From: Octopus sinensis
Lineage: Eukaryota
Direction: 5' to 3'
DNA length: 64,000 bases
Assembly: GCF_006345805.1 (NCBI RefSeq)
Contig: NC_043011.1
Span: 19,728,464 to 19,792,463, forward strand
Shown here: positions 27,538-40,862 of the stretch, piece by piece
Layout: each line of letters begins with the position of its first letter
Numbering within the stretch: the stretch's first letter is position 1
The notes under the pieces: generated by a model
What the model saw: the letters and a program-made list of their open reading frames with translations, nothing else
Told to the model about the DNA's origin: nothing
Database searches by the model: none
Translations under genes and position numbers: made by a program

Positions 27538-27639
27538 TTCGAAATTAACAATACATAAATGAAAGGTCTAAGGGAAATAATTTTTATTGGATTAACATAT
27601 CGCTTGTGTTTTAATCGGTTACAGCTCAAAGCTGCAGAT

Positions 27640-28320
27640 ATTCTGGGGCACCGCCGGTTTGCTACGCTGTTATTATTGAGAGCCTCCTCTGATATGTGGA
27701 ATTTGGTGAATAAGGGAATTTTGATGTCCCTGTCGTCATTCGCGCCTCCCGCCGCGAGGTAGCTTCAGCTGGGACTCTCGACAGGAAGAGATCGGGTTTT
27801 GCTTTGAAAATACCTACATCCACTTTGTGTAGGTCCCTCAATCACTTTGGGAGAATATTAAAAATATGTGGGCCCTTGAAGCACAGGTTGTTGCAGTAAA
27901 TGGTCCAGAATCGATACGGTATTTTTGGGATCTTTGGCACTGTGTAGTGGCCACCCCTTCTGGCATTTGTGTAGATTTCAAAGCCCGAATTTGGCACAAT
28001 CCCTTCCAGAATCTTCTAGATGTATATTACTGCATATCTACCGCCTCACTCAAGAGAGGAGAGTCATAGCTGTTTCAGCCTTGTCCATTTGGGAACAGTA
28101 TTCCAGGCGCCTGAGGACAAAGGTGCTCCAGAAGACCATCATGGTTTCGTGCTCTCTGTTTTCCAAGGTTCTCAGGATCGAGCCAGTCAGCCGTCTGCAC
28201 TTTGATAATGTGAATTTGGAAAGATGTATCATCACTAATGTCGATACGCAAGTCACGCACTGATTTAGGTTCTTGGATTGTAATCACTCCGGGTCAGTGT
28301 ATCCTATAAGTGTTTCGCTC
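27640..28320 (-). mobile_element. CR1-like LINE 3' fragment
   Basis: EPKSVRDLRIDISDDTSFQIHI and GSILRTLENREHETMMVFWSTFVLRRLEYCSQ, the usual post-RT CR1 motifs. Confidence 0.85.
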
Positions 28321-28339
28321 AGTTTCGGGTGCTAGTAGC

Positions 28340-28661
28340 GATATGTTATATTACTTTCGAATACTGTCCAGATGTCATATGGACCACATATTTTTTTAAT
28401 CTTTTGCGAAAGGCCTTTCAGATAGGGTAGACGGAATGTGTTTAGTTTATGTGTTGTATCATGTCACTTCTTCCTAATTAGAGTGTTTTTTGAGTAGTTG
28501 TTGCTTAATAGATTGTTACTTAGCGTAATTATTTCCTCGTGATGTATATCAGGATCACTACTTTTATTCTCTGCTCGATGTTTTATGCACTGGGCAATCC
28601 CTCTCTTTACATTCTATGGATGGTGGGAACTGTCGTTGACGTATCGTCCAGTGAGGGTTGG
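28340..28661 (-). pseudogene. Penelope-like element RT thumb/linker fragment
   Basis: PTLTGRYVNDSSHHP*NVKRGIAQCIKHRAENKSSDP...RLPYLKGLSQKIKKICGPYDIWTVFESNN matches the PLE pattern KPT.TGRYL...S.HP...KR....LPY..GLS. Confidence 0.82.
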
Positions 28662-30426
28662 ACAATAATCTGTAACTACACATACTTCCCTTTTCATTTT
28701 TAAGAGACGATGAAATTTTAAAAACATCTTTTTTTTCTTTTTAGTATTGCTGGTTTACTTTTTTGCTTTGTCGCTTCAAAAAGTAACAGAAAATATCTTC
28801 ATGGACTTATTTCGCAACTTAAAATATATAGCCTTTTGACAACGTAAACACTATGCAATTATTTAAAATTCGCTTGAAATCAATGTGAACCTTTTTGATC
28901 ATTTATTCTTTTACAATGACATACTTGGAATTAATTTTACCAGGTATACAGTTCAAAATAACTTCGTTACAAAACAAAAAGTTCAAAATTAATAAATAGT
29001 AATTATTATTGGAATTCATGGGAAATATGTTGGATGTTTTAACTAATTTCCTTTTTGTAATTATAATTTCATATTAGACCCCATTAAGGATTTTTCCCGA
29101 TGTGACCATCGCGTCTCTCTCTCTCTCTCTCTCTTCTCTTCCTCACACACATACACTCGTACATCCACCCATACAAATACGCTGCACATATTTACAAACA
29201 TACACTCTACCTTTCCATTTCTCTCCTATTTATCTCAGCCTGTATACTGCATGTACTATTTTACCAAAATTATGCGTGATTTAGAGAATATTTGGATATT
29301 ATTTCTGGCAGGCTTACACACAAATATCCTGCTTATTCCATCAGTTAATCTTATTTCAGCGTTTGACTTCTGCAGTTTATAAATAATGGCTTGTGTAATA
29401 TTCCAGTTTCACTTTAAGATTCTTCGACTAAATTTTCTCATGATATAATACTGAATCTTATCCAGATTTCCTTTAGATTTATACTGACCTGTGCTCAGAA
29501 GCCTTTTACGTAATCTCTGAGAAATGGAAAGAGCAAAAGAGAGAGGGAGGAAGACAAGAGAGGAGATGGGATATAACTAAATAGTCTTTATTTACTTTTA
29601 ATTTCCATATCATTACTAAAAGCAAGCTTGTTTCCATCTCAGTAACACCATCCAGGAAGATTATGCTTTAAGAACTATCCAAATATTCAAATACACTATA
29701 CATTTTTGTATTGAATCCACGTCGTTTTCATGATGGCAACTTAGGCTTAAACAGCAAAGCCAAAGCTCAGATTGTTGGAAAGAGAATTTCTTATATATAA
29801 AAGATTTCTAAATTTATACAGTGTCAATCTGAAATCAATAGAATTTGGTATTTTACAGATAACTCATTTTCTTAATTATAAGTGATTTCTGTCAAGCGTT
29901 AAATTCAAAACAGTGACCTAGGTATTCAAATGTTTTGAAATCTGGACGTCCACATTTTAAAGTGCATTTGATTTTGTTGATTCACCTTTTCAGTATTATG
30001 AAAGACTACCAAATGAAAGAATATGTTTTCGTTATTCGTACCTAAAATATTATCTCCTTGCCGGCTATTGGATATATTTTAAAGCAATACAAATCTAGCT
30101 TTCCTAATTTTCCTAATTCTTTATTTCATAATCATAGATTTTCCGTGATGATAAAACTACGACCAAACTACAAATAAGTAATTGCCCTTTTTTACTAAAT
30201 CTTTATAGTGTGCATACATGAAAACAAATCTTCAATAAAAGGTATGCAGAATTAGGACCTAATGGAATTCCATCCATTCAACTAATCTAATGTGCATGTA
30301 AGCTCTTGGTGTGGCTTTGAATTTCTGCTTAAATACTATTCCTATAAATAACGTTATTCCTGCTCAAGACAAATTCTTGACATCCGCATTCTTTTGCTCT
30401 TTCTAATATATTTCTTTATTGTACAG

Positions 30427-30508
30427 AATGACTGCGACAGAAAGCGTCGATTGTATAAATCTAGAATATTCTGGGGGTCAGACCATTGTTGTGTTCATTA
30501 TCTTGCAT
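30427..30508 (+). CDS. Candidate exon of an unidentified gene
   Basis: Acceptor TTTCTTTATTGTACAG, donor GTAAGT, 82 nt with two open frames (MTATESVDCINLEYSGGQTIVVFIILH or NDCDRKRRLYKSRIFWGSDHCCVHYLA). Confidence 0.3.
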
Positions 30509-30991
30509 GTAAGTGCAATGAAAGGAAATTTATATCGATCTGCTTCCGCCGATTTAGACATTTAAACAAACATGTCAGTAAAATTGTCCACGGTACGAGT
30601 CTATTGCGTGTTCTTTTGTCCAGAGGTGTTTGCGCTGATACGTAATTAAGTGTATTGGGTGGTATTTAAAGAAAATTAAATGAACATTCCTGACATGTAT
30701 AAAAAGTAAATACTCTTCGAGAGTTATCTCACAAATATATTATCATGCAATGCGGCGATACATTTCCTAAATTAAATTCAACTTAATATATATATAATGA
30801 GAAGTTGTTGTAATTGCCACTTCCACGATTGAGTTTTTATAGACCAATTTATAACTACATGTATTTCTCGATTCAGGAAATACAGACACGTGTATTTTCT
30901 TGGTATACTTGCATAAATGTGTAGGTCGGTTGTTAGCCAGTTCTCCTTTTAACATGAAGAAAATAACTATTAGGCAATATCTTATTACATT

Positions 30992-31200
30992 GGTTTAAAA
31001 TTTTGGCACAAGTCCACTAATTTTGAGGGATGGATAAGCTGATTCCATCGATCCCAGTGCTCAGATACTACTCATTTTATCGACCCCCGAAACGATGAAG
31101 GGTAAAGTCGACCTCGATGAAATTTGAACGTAAAGACAAACGAAATACAGCTAAGTCATTCGCCTGGTGTGTTTACTATTCTGCCAGCTCACCACCTTGT
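30992..31200 (-). mobile_element. SINE family B with probable 14-bp TSD
   Basis: Ends TTCTGCCAGCTCACCACC. Flanks TATCTTATTACATT (30978-30991) and TATCTTATTATATT (31203-31216). Confidence 0.8.
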
Positions 31201-34200
31201 ATTATCTTATTATATTAGCTACATAAAAAGTAGTGGCTGAACAAGGATTGTGCACCTTTGATCATAGTTATGTTCGATCAGGGGTAGCGAAAGGTTAACA
31301 AATAAATTAGTTTTCTCAAAGGAATGTATACTGATTATGAAAAGAAGGCTGACATGTCATATTTGATTCTGGTGACCTTGTGAAATAGTCATAGAGTTTA
31401 TTTAGTATATTGTGGACTGTTACCCGTTCATTGCCCCGTTATCCATTTAATCCACAGATGAAATTGAATTAATCCCATCCCTGTTATGTAAAAATATTCC
31501 TCTATATATTCATCAAAAGAGTTCGAACTCAAAACTAAATAGCGGCAAACTGAAAATTTTCAACGCATACAGCAGTTCATGAGTCTATTATGGGATTGCC
31601 ATAAGGAACAAACAGATTTTCAAATGGATGGAAATTACAAAAAACATTTTACAACAGAAACATTTAACTATTCGTTATCTATTCTTCATTGATGCTTTTT
31701 GGGTTTTTTGTTGCTTTTCGTAATGCTTTTTAACATGTTACATCTTACCAGGTTTACCCCCACATTTGAAATAATTCAATAGATAGCGACAATGCCGATG
31801 AATCAAAGTCAACAAATATTCAAATATTTCGAAGAGGTTTTATATACCGATTCAATCGTTTTACTTATAGAGCCATATGAAACAGCTAATGCGTAAATAT
31901 TCTCTTTACATGTTTACTGTCGATAGCAAATTTTTGTCAATACAGCTGACTCATTTTGCCATGCTATACTTATATAATTAACAAGTATCATGTAGAACCA
32001 TGCAGCGATAAATTCACAATCATTATTAATATAGAGGATTTCATATAATCATATGTAAAACAGAAAACATCACATTAATCATTAATCGTGTCACTTGAAA
32101 CAGGATGGAAAGGCACGTTTTTTTTCTCTCTCTCTTGCTGGTATCTGTGTAATACTGGAATCATATAGAGAGATACTGATCAGATTGCATGAAAGCGTTT
32201 CATGAATTCTCATACATTATATATTGGAAGATCATTAGAATATTTATTTTAAACTTTATCATATGTTACAGAGCAAGCTCGAGCAATGTACTTGTAATTG
32301 CATTTCAGATAGTAAATGCATGACAATAGGAAAAAGAAAAACATGCATAAGAAATAATGTGACGAAGATAAGCTAGATTTGAAATATTTCAATTACAGAA
32401 AACAAAACAAGTGAAAAGGAAATCAAGCAAATCATTATTTAATATTGCTTAACATTAGTGAATTCTGATAGGAATTCCTGCTTGGTGGTTACGTGATGAA
32501 CAGATCGGATGAAATTGCTGCAGGATACAAGGTTCGTAAAGATCTGTAGGAAATGATTTCCCAGTCAACAATACTACATTTCTAGGTAAATGAATTTTAA
32601 CATCGAATATTTTTGAATGAAAATAGAGAAGAATCAACATGATATCAATGTTTTTCTGTCCTAACGCCGTCCCTTTTTCCACTCTTTCTATTCGTTTTAT
32701 TTATACGAAGACATTTTGTGAGTTTATTTATATATGATGGCTTGAATAATATGTGTTTATACTTGATCCTTGGCAGAATTCAATGCAAAGGACACTGGTG
32801 CCCTAGCGAAACAGAACTAATTTGTTTATCTATCACGGTGATTTAGAACTAGCCGGAGTATAGCCTTTTCACATAGACAGATTATTTTATCAGACTTTTC
32901 GGAATTCTAGTCGTGTGTGTGCGTTCTTTTCTACAGTTGTATAAGCACAGATAATTATTAGGTTGACTATACACATAAAATGCTTCAGAATGTTCAGTAA
33001 TAATAAGCCATAACTTTCAACCCAAATAAACATCATATTACACGTAGTATTTTATATTGCAGTCTTCATTCTGTACGAGTATTCTTATTACACAGGAGGT
33101 TACGTTTTAGCCACTAAATTTGAAAATAAACAGCATTGCAGAGGTTAATCTAAAAATACCTTAAACTAACAATTTTATGCAATATCTAATACGAGCAAAG
33201 CTGAAATACTATTTAGATGACCACACATTATTATTTTATTATTTTCAGTATTACCATTATCATGCCAGTTCTTTGCAGAACATATTTACACGCAGCTCTC
33301 CTTTAGATTTATAATTTGCTGATTTCTTTATAAAAATAGAACGTTTATTTCTGTAAAATATCTTTCAGACCGGGTACCAGGGGATGTTTTAATTTTCCTA
33401 TTGTCTGAAATAAAATATATTGTGATCCCTGAAAATGATCTAATAATATCGAAATTACGGAATATGGTGGCCTCCGGCCAAGGTTACTAGGAAGCTTTCT
33501 CCGCTTATAATATATATCGAATGCGTATAAATATTGATTATTTCATCGTTCACATAATTTTGGCAACAGCAATAAAATTATCAAAAATACCAAGAGAACT
33601 TACATTTTTTTCTAACAAAAATATTGAAATAGCAGTCTGACTACTCTCTTTCAGCTTTGGATTTATGAACACATTTTAAAAGTAGGAATCATGTCTATAA
33701 ATTTTTATACAGGGGTGCAGTATTCCAAGATCTAATGGCATGCAATGGGCTTCCTTCGAACAGCTGCGGAGGCATTCAAGACGGATCTAGCTACCAGCAG
33801 CGTCTATAATGAGAATCAATGCATCAATGTTTTTGGCACAGAAATGTGACCAGTATACCTCTATCTACTAGCTCTAAGGAATAAAGATACGTAGCTGATA
33901 CCGTCGTAAGTTTTGATTATATATATTTTCTAATCTGGTTGAACAGTTATGCACTTGTTCAAGTTTCAATTGCTTAGAAAAATGAGGGCAGAGAGGATAA
34001 AACTACTTAGTTATTGGTTTCAAGAAAAGTTGTACAAAAGTGTGTTGATACTAAGGTTGAATGCCGTTAGTATAAAGTGCTTTCTATGAATCCGAAATGA
34101 AATTGAAGGGGAATACAGAAATTGGGAGATACACAGCAGTTCGAACGTTCATGTTGAACATCTCTCGAACTATTGTAGGTAGATTTCTCTTGTAGGCAAA

Positions 34201-34527
34201 TTTTCCTTGCTCTTTTGTTTTCTTTTTGATATATTCTTTGTTTTCTGACTTCTATTTAATATAAGTGGCATTTCGATTTTTTTTATATTATTCTCGAAAT
34301 ATCGTCGAAAATTGAGCCCTTGTATACAATGGATTAAAACTTGGAAACAAAATACGTGTATATTTGTTTGCAAAGAAAATTTTGTCGCATTCGTAGTTGG
34401 AAAAGAAACAAATGTTTATTAAGCCTTAATTGATTTATTTAAAACAGATAGTATTTTCCCCCACTTATTGATGATATACTTCCGTGTATTTGACAAATTG
34501 TTGATACCCTAGGGATAAAAGTCATTA

Positions 34528-34540
34528 TTATTATTATTAC

Positions 34541-34574
<34 letters not shown>

Positions 34575-34900
34575 TACTTTTAATCTGCATGTTTCTTACA
34601 ATCACTCGCCGAGACACACCCAGCGACCTAGGGCGAGTGAAGGCTAAGAGAGTAGAAAGCTTGGGGAGAGGAAGGAGCAGGGGCAACAGAGAAATATCTT
34701 CATGTCACAACACATATTTTAAATTTGATAAAGTTTTTCTAAGGACATTGGCAAGTATAGTCACCACTATCTATTGGATATCTCAGAAACATGGTTCTCT
34801 TGGAATATCATCTAGGTGTTTCTGATATCCCATTCTTATCATACCTAGGACACCCACAGGGGATCCCCCAAGGGAATCAACGATTTCATGGTTATTATTA
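34528..34900 (-). mobile_element. Possible 3' end of an RLE-type LINE with a (TAA)n tail
   Basis: A GC-richer segment abuts a (TAT)n tract in the same arrangement as the tail of the 53-56 kb element. No protein motif recognised. Confidence 0.3.
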
Positions 34901-34907
34901 TTATAGG

Positions 34908-35304
34908 AGGCGTAGGAGTGGCTGTGTGGTAAGCAGCTTGCTTACCAACCACATGGTTCCGGGTTCAGTCCCACTGCGTGGCACCTTGGGCAAGTGTCTT
35001 CTACTATAGCCTCGGGCCGACCAATGCCTTGTGAGTGGATTTGGTAGACGGAAACTGAAAGAAGCCCGTCGTATATATGTATATATATGTGTGTATGTGT
35101 ATATGTTTGTGTGTCTGTGTTTGTGCACCAACATCGCTTGACAACCGATGCTGGTGTTTCACTTAGCGGTTCGGCAAAAGAGACCGATAGAATAAGTACT
35201 GGGCTTACAAAAGAATAAGTCCCGGGGTCGAGTTGCTCGATTAAAGGCGGTGCTCCAGCATGGCCGCAGTCAAATGACTGAAACGAGTAAAAGAGAAAGA
35301 GTAA
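34908..35304 (+). mobile_element. Full-length SINE family A
   Basis: AGGCGTAGGAGTGGCTGTGTGGTAAG...GGGTTCAGTCCC...CAGTCAAATGACTGAAACGAGTAAAAGAG. Confidence 0.93.
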
Positions 35305-35739
35305 TATGTTTTTACTTTTACTTTTTAATTGTACAAGTTGACTCCAAGTATCACCGAGAGACCGCAAGAGGCAGCAGGTTAGAAGTTCATGCTAGTGTTA
35401 TAACTACGGTGTCAAATATTTGTTATGTACATAGTATTGTTCTAGAGAATGTCTAAGAATACATAAGGAACTTATGAGATTGTTTTAAAATTTGATGTTA
35501 CATAGTCAGTATATTACGTAGGATGTGGTTCAGTTCCCATGAGCACAATATTTGGAATTTCTATCAATTTGGGATTTCATGGTATCTGAGCTAGATAGGA
35601 ATCAGCCCATTTTGCTATCATTCCTAGGGCACCTATGACAACAGGTATTGTTTCAGTCTTGCCAATTTCTAATTCAAGCTTTTTCTACTTGCTCAGTAGT
35701 TGGTAGGTCTTGACAGATACATTTATGTCGATTAGGACA

Positions 35740-35857
35740 GTCATATCAATGATAAAGCATGACTTCTGTCAGAATTTGAACTCAGAACGTAACGGCAGAC
35801 GAAATACCGCTCAGCATTTCACCCGGCTTGACAACGTTTCTGCCAGCTCGCCACCTT
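35740..35857 (-). mobile_element. SINE family B 5' part
   Basis: AATTTGAACTCAGAACGTAACGGCAGACGAAATACC...GTTTCTGCCAGCTCGCCACC. Confidence 0.85.
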
Positions 35858-37407
35858 TCTTATCAATATTATTGCCATTATTATAATTTCCTTGTCTGCT
35901 TGTTCAGTAGTTGTTACTTTCACTTTTTATCTCACCTCTTTTCTGTTTATTATATTATGTTTCATTCTAATGATTTTATCAGATTTTCTCACATTAACCA
36001 GTCTCTTACTGATTCTTACATTTTCTAAGGCTTCATTACTACTTTATTAAAACCGTTCTAAAAGCTTAGCAAGGTTGTAACAGGATATGATAATTCATAT
36101 AAAAATTACTTTAACTTTTTAATTTCGTGCTGTTTTCAATTTAATTGATGAAATATATACTTAAGTTCCAGAAATTTCTCGTTATTAATCAACATCGTGT
36201 TAGTTAAGAGATTTTATTTGAAGTAGCGGATGTTTTATGTCGCTATTTCTCACTAGAATAACCACTCCAAATATAATACATTAAATTCTTATTTAATTTC
36301 GGTTTTAGACAATATTCATAATTACTCTACTTCAAAACTGAATCATTCGTAAATCACACTTCATTAGCTATTGAATATTATATTTATTTACAAAAAAAAT
36401 AACGATAAGATGTTATAAATAATAAAAAAACACAGCTTTTTAAAAACTATTATAAAGAAATTATTTCATAACCTTTTTCAAAATATTGGTAACATACATT
36501 ATTAGACAATATACCGAAAATATTTATACAACTAACCTCAATGATTATTATATAAGCCATTATGTTTTCATTTATTCTAGTCTATACAAGATATGACGGA
36601 TTATTTTTATTGATAGTTTAGTTTTCCTTTAGCACAACAAAAGTTATACAAGAGAAACAGAAGGCAATTTAATATAATTCAATACAACAGATATGGGGTT
36701 CTCCCCTAAGATATATACTTACTACGTTAAATCTATGTCTCTCCTTATTTTATGAAGAATGTACGTAGCTAACAAAATATTAAATAAGTTGACATCTTAT
36801 TTCACATGCTTTCACCAATATACGTCCTCTTCCATGTACATTACGATTTAACTAGCTACCATAGCTTTTTACACATTAAGAGGATATCAGGTATATACCA
36901 AACACACATTAAGCCCTCGGTTTTAACACACCACAGACTTACCTATTTTATAGATGCAAGAAAGAATTGTATTATTCTCGTTAAGTAGATAATATATATA
37001 TACAAGGTTTTGTCTAAACGTCCGGTTTCCTAACACTAAAAACTATTGTTAGTTTACCAATGCAAGAAAACCTTCCATTCTTAACCGTGATGTTACTTTC
37101 ATACATTGGTTACGCTCTATTGCAGTATTAATTTCCTATTACTTTTCAAAAGAAGATTAGATGTGATAAGAGGGAATCAAGCTCCAGGAATTGCAGCTCT
37201 TTACACACAATAATATGCACGCGTTTTTTAAATTTTTTCTGATATCTGTATCTGTTTTTACATATCGACATGTTTATGTTTTGTTGCCTCACACAGGCAA
37301 CCAAACATACACATACACACACAAAGTCATACGCACATGATCGAGTGTGTACCGTTGGCGATATTTTTTTCTCCGTCTTCACTTCTTTGCATCTTTCCTT
37401 TTCCTAT

Positions 37408-37441
37408 GTTTCTGACGAAATGCTCCGCTCGAAACGTTAAA
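37408..37441 (+). ncRNA. Degenerate minimal type I hammerhead motif in a (TA)n-abutting repeat
   Basis: TTT-CTGACGA-AATGCTCCGCTC-GAAAC-GTT-AAA: intact core, palindromic ACGT stem III, stem II reduced to 2 bp. Confidence 0.45.
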
Positions 37442-37533
37442 TCCTCCTTCTTTCCTGAGCGTCCAATAATACTATACTTGTTCCACGTCCTCGCGTCTTT
37501 GTGTTTTCTCTCTGTGTTTTCATGTTTGGATTA

Positions 37534-37610
<77 letters not shown>

Positions 37611-38798
37611 GAATAACGCCTAAAATACTTGAATATGTGTAAGGATAGATTTCATATCATCATTGAGTAATGCATTTAATATTATGTTAATTTTTGTTTT
37701 TTAATTTACCCAATCACATTAGAATAGATATTTAATTCTGAAACCCTGTTTGCACATTTACAGATATTATCCAGACGGTATTCACGACCGTCTGCAAAAT
37801 TTGTCACAGTTGCAATATTTCCGGTAAGAACTTCGGATGTAATTTAAGGGTAGTATATTTAATGTTGGATCCAGAATTAGTTTCTAATCAGCTAATTACT
37901 TTCATAGCAGTACGAATAGAAATAATTACGAAAGTGACGGTAAAATATGAACGCTGTTCGACATCTATACATAGAGTAAATATATGGTATACGCACACAA
38001 TTAATGCTGATGTCCAAATGATGATATGGTATAAATTGCTCTTTAACTAACAAATACTTCTTTGTAGGTGAGACAATTCTGCAAGAGAAATCACTCCAGA
38101 ACCTATTGAAATAAATATTGATATAAGACATAACACCATTTGAATGTGCACATTCCCAAATCTGTTACATTTCTGTGTATATGTTCAGTAGTTAAAGTAC
38201 ACCTCAGTATCTGGGCCGGTAATTATGTTCTCACCTGTGTATATATTTTAAAGAATACAAAAGAAGGAACTCAGTGATATTTCTAAATTATTAATTCAAT
38301 ACAATATGCATAATACATATAGCAGGAATAAGTTCCATAAACTGCAAAATATGGTTTCTGTCTTTGTACATTGAGTTCAGTGATTTTACAATTAATATAA
38401 GAATATATTAGTATTCAAGTCAAATTATATAGTCATACGTATTCTTAAGTCTGGCATTTTTGGGAAAAAGTATCGCTATATTCCTTTTCTTACGTAGAAA
38501 CATATTGAATAAAATTCTCCACGTCTAATTGTATGAGTCATTACACTAACGGCTTGACGAACACTTTATGGAACAACTCATTCCTAGTAGAAAATTTTTA
38601 AGCCTTTATTTTATCGGTATATTTTGCCGAACCGTAGTTTTGCGGAGATATAAACACACTAACACTTGATGTCGAGGTATCAAGCGGCGGCAGGGAACAA
38701 ACACAAGTACACACACACACGTACACACGAATACTCACACACATGTACATGCACACAAGTACGCACACAGACACACACATGCACACACACTAATATAT

Positions 38799-38845
<47 letters not shown>

Positions 38846-38999
38846 TTTCACTTTCCCCCGACCATTTCTACTCACAATTCATTAGCCGCCTCTAGTCTAT
38901 AGAAGAAAATGTCTGCCCACGCAGTAGGGACGAATCCGAAACAATGTGCCTGCTTAGCGAAAGCTATGCCTGCGCATATTGTACACACGCACGCGTATG

Positions 39000-39145
39000 T
39001 ATGTATGCATGCAAGTTTTCATTCATATATGTATGATTGCATATGTATATGTATGTATATATTTATGTATGTATGTATGTATGTATGTATGTATGTATGT
39101 ATATAAGTATGAATGGATGAATGTATGTATGAATGTATGTATGAA
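39000..39145. repeat. (GTAT)n microsatellite
   Basis: Directly visible. Confidence 0.9.
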
Positions 39146-40611
39146 AGCGAGCATATTTTTATGTAAGATAGAGATTCTAGTGTATATATTCATCAATAAT
39201 TTACCCATGTCAAAATAGTTGCCCCTCTAACTTTCTTACTGATATAACTTGTATCCGATTATCAGCTTGGCTTATCGTGCTTTTTTTATATATGAATTCG
39301 TTTTGCTGATAACGATTGTCAGGGATTTAGGACAACACATTGACTACTAAAGGAAAACCCGCTGCAGCCCTCTGAATACCCAGCCATGGAAAAACTACTA
39401 CAGACACATATTCTAATAGAAAATATAAAGTTACAATGCAATTCACTTGATGCCACCACAATATTCTTTGAAACTATTTTATTTATCTTTCGTAATTACT
39501 GTCTCGAAAACAACCCAAGGAAACGGAAGCCTATCGAACAACATCTTTATCGATTTATCTAAACTAGTAACTATTTTATTTACTCTAATACTTTCCAGAA
39601 ATCCAAAAATATCATTTAAGCCGTGAACATAAAAGATATACACTCACACCAGCAGATGTGACGGCATAACACTTTTGCCAGGAAAAAGCTGTTCGGGTGA
39701 TGGATAAGTATGTGTATGCATATACATTCATAGAGGCACATATTTATGTGTGTGCACGCGCGTATATGCACGCAAATATACTCAAACGCACAACTCTCTG
39801 TCCCTGTATTGCATCAAGCTCTACACATCATGGTTTCCAAGCAAAATTTTATAATAATTCCGCATTACTTATGCCAGTAATCACACTGTTGTTATAACAT
39901 ATATATGCTTCAAAATGATGCATAAAAAAACTGTTAGAGAAATTGTTTTGTAGACAAAATTGTATGCATTGGACTATTAATTGCAGATAAATATTAGCGT
40001 ACGAACACATGATCGGTGAACAAATTGTTACTAATACAAATTTCTTTCGGAGCTATGTCAGAATTTTGCAAAGTTGCGTCTTGTAAGTTCTTATCTAGTG
40101 TTAAACAACTCAAGGGGATTTCTATGTATGGATAGAAATGAGAATTTAAAAAATACGATATCTGAACATGCATTATGTCGGTAAATATAAGTCTTAGCGC
40201 TGGTTTCTTAAAACAGTTGACCAAGTATGTTATCAGGATAAACATTATATATGTACTAGTGCAGTATCGCTTGGAGAAGTTGTGTTTCACCTGCTGAAGT
40301 CTCAATTATAAACATTGACAACATGATAATATAAAGCCAACGAACAATAAAGAATCAGAGACGACATATAGGAGGTAAATATGCTCGCTTCACTTTAACA
40401 CTGCAGTGTATGAAAACATGCCTTCTAGTATATGAATATACACCACTGTATTAACTATGCTGGACGAAAACTTTCATTTTGTATAATATTGTATAATACT
40501 GTGGCTATGATTATACCAGAAATATAACAGAAATTTATGAAAAGCTGTTACTCAGAATTCCACGTTACTGTTCGTCGGACAGTTTTGTATTCTTTTTTCC
40601 ATCTCGTTTCA

Positions 40612-40654
40612 CATCTATGTGCTTACTCTCGTATATATATATATATATATATAT

Positions 40655-40693
<39 letters not shown>

Positions 40694-40776
40694 TATAAAT
40701 GTATATATATATATATATATATATTCATATACATAAATATTATAAATTAGAAAGGTAGTCAGAGAAACAGGCAGGC

Positions 40777-40861
<85 letters not shown>

Positions 40862-40862
40862 T
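40612..40862. repeat. (TA)n, (TG)n and (GATA)n microsatellites
   Basis: Directly visible. Confidence 0.95.

Noticed and set aside
37772-37794. 8-bp hairpin CAGACGGT/ACCGTCTG as a terminator or element end
   Set aside because: It is short enough to arise by chance in 64 kb and has no supporting context.
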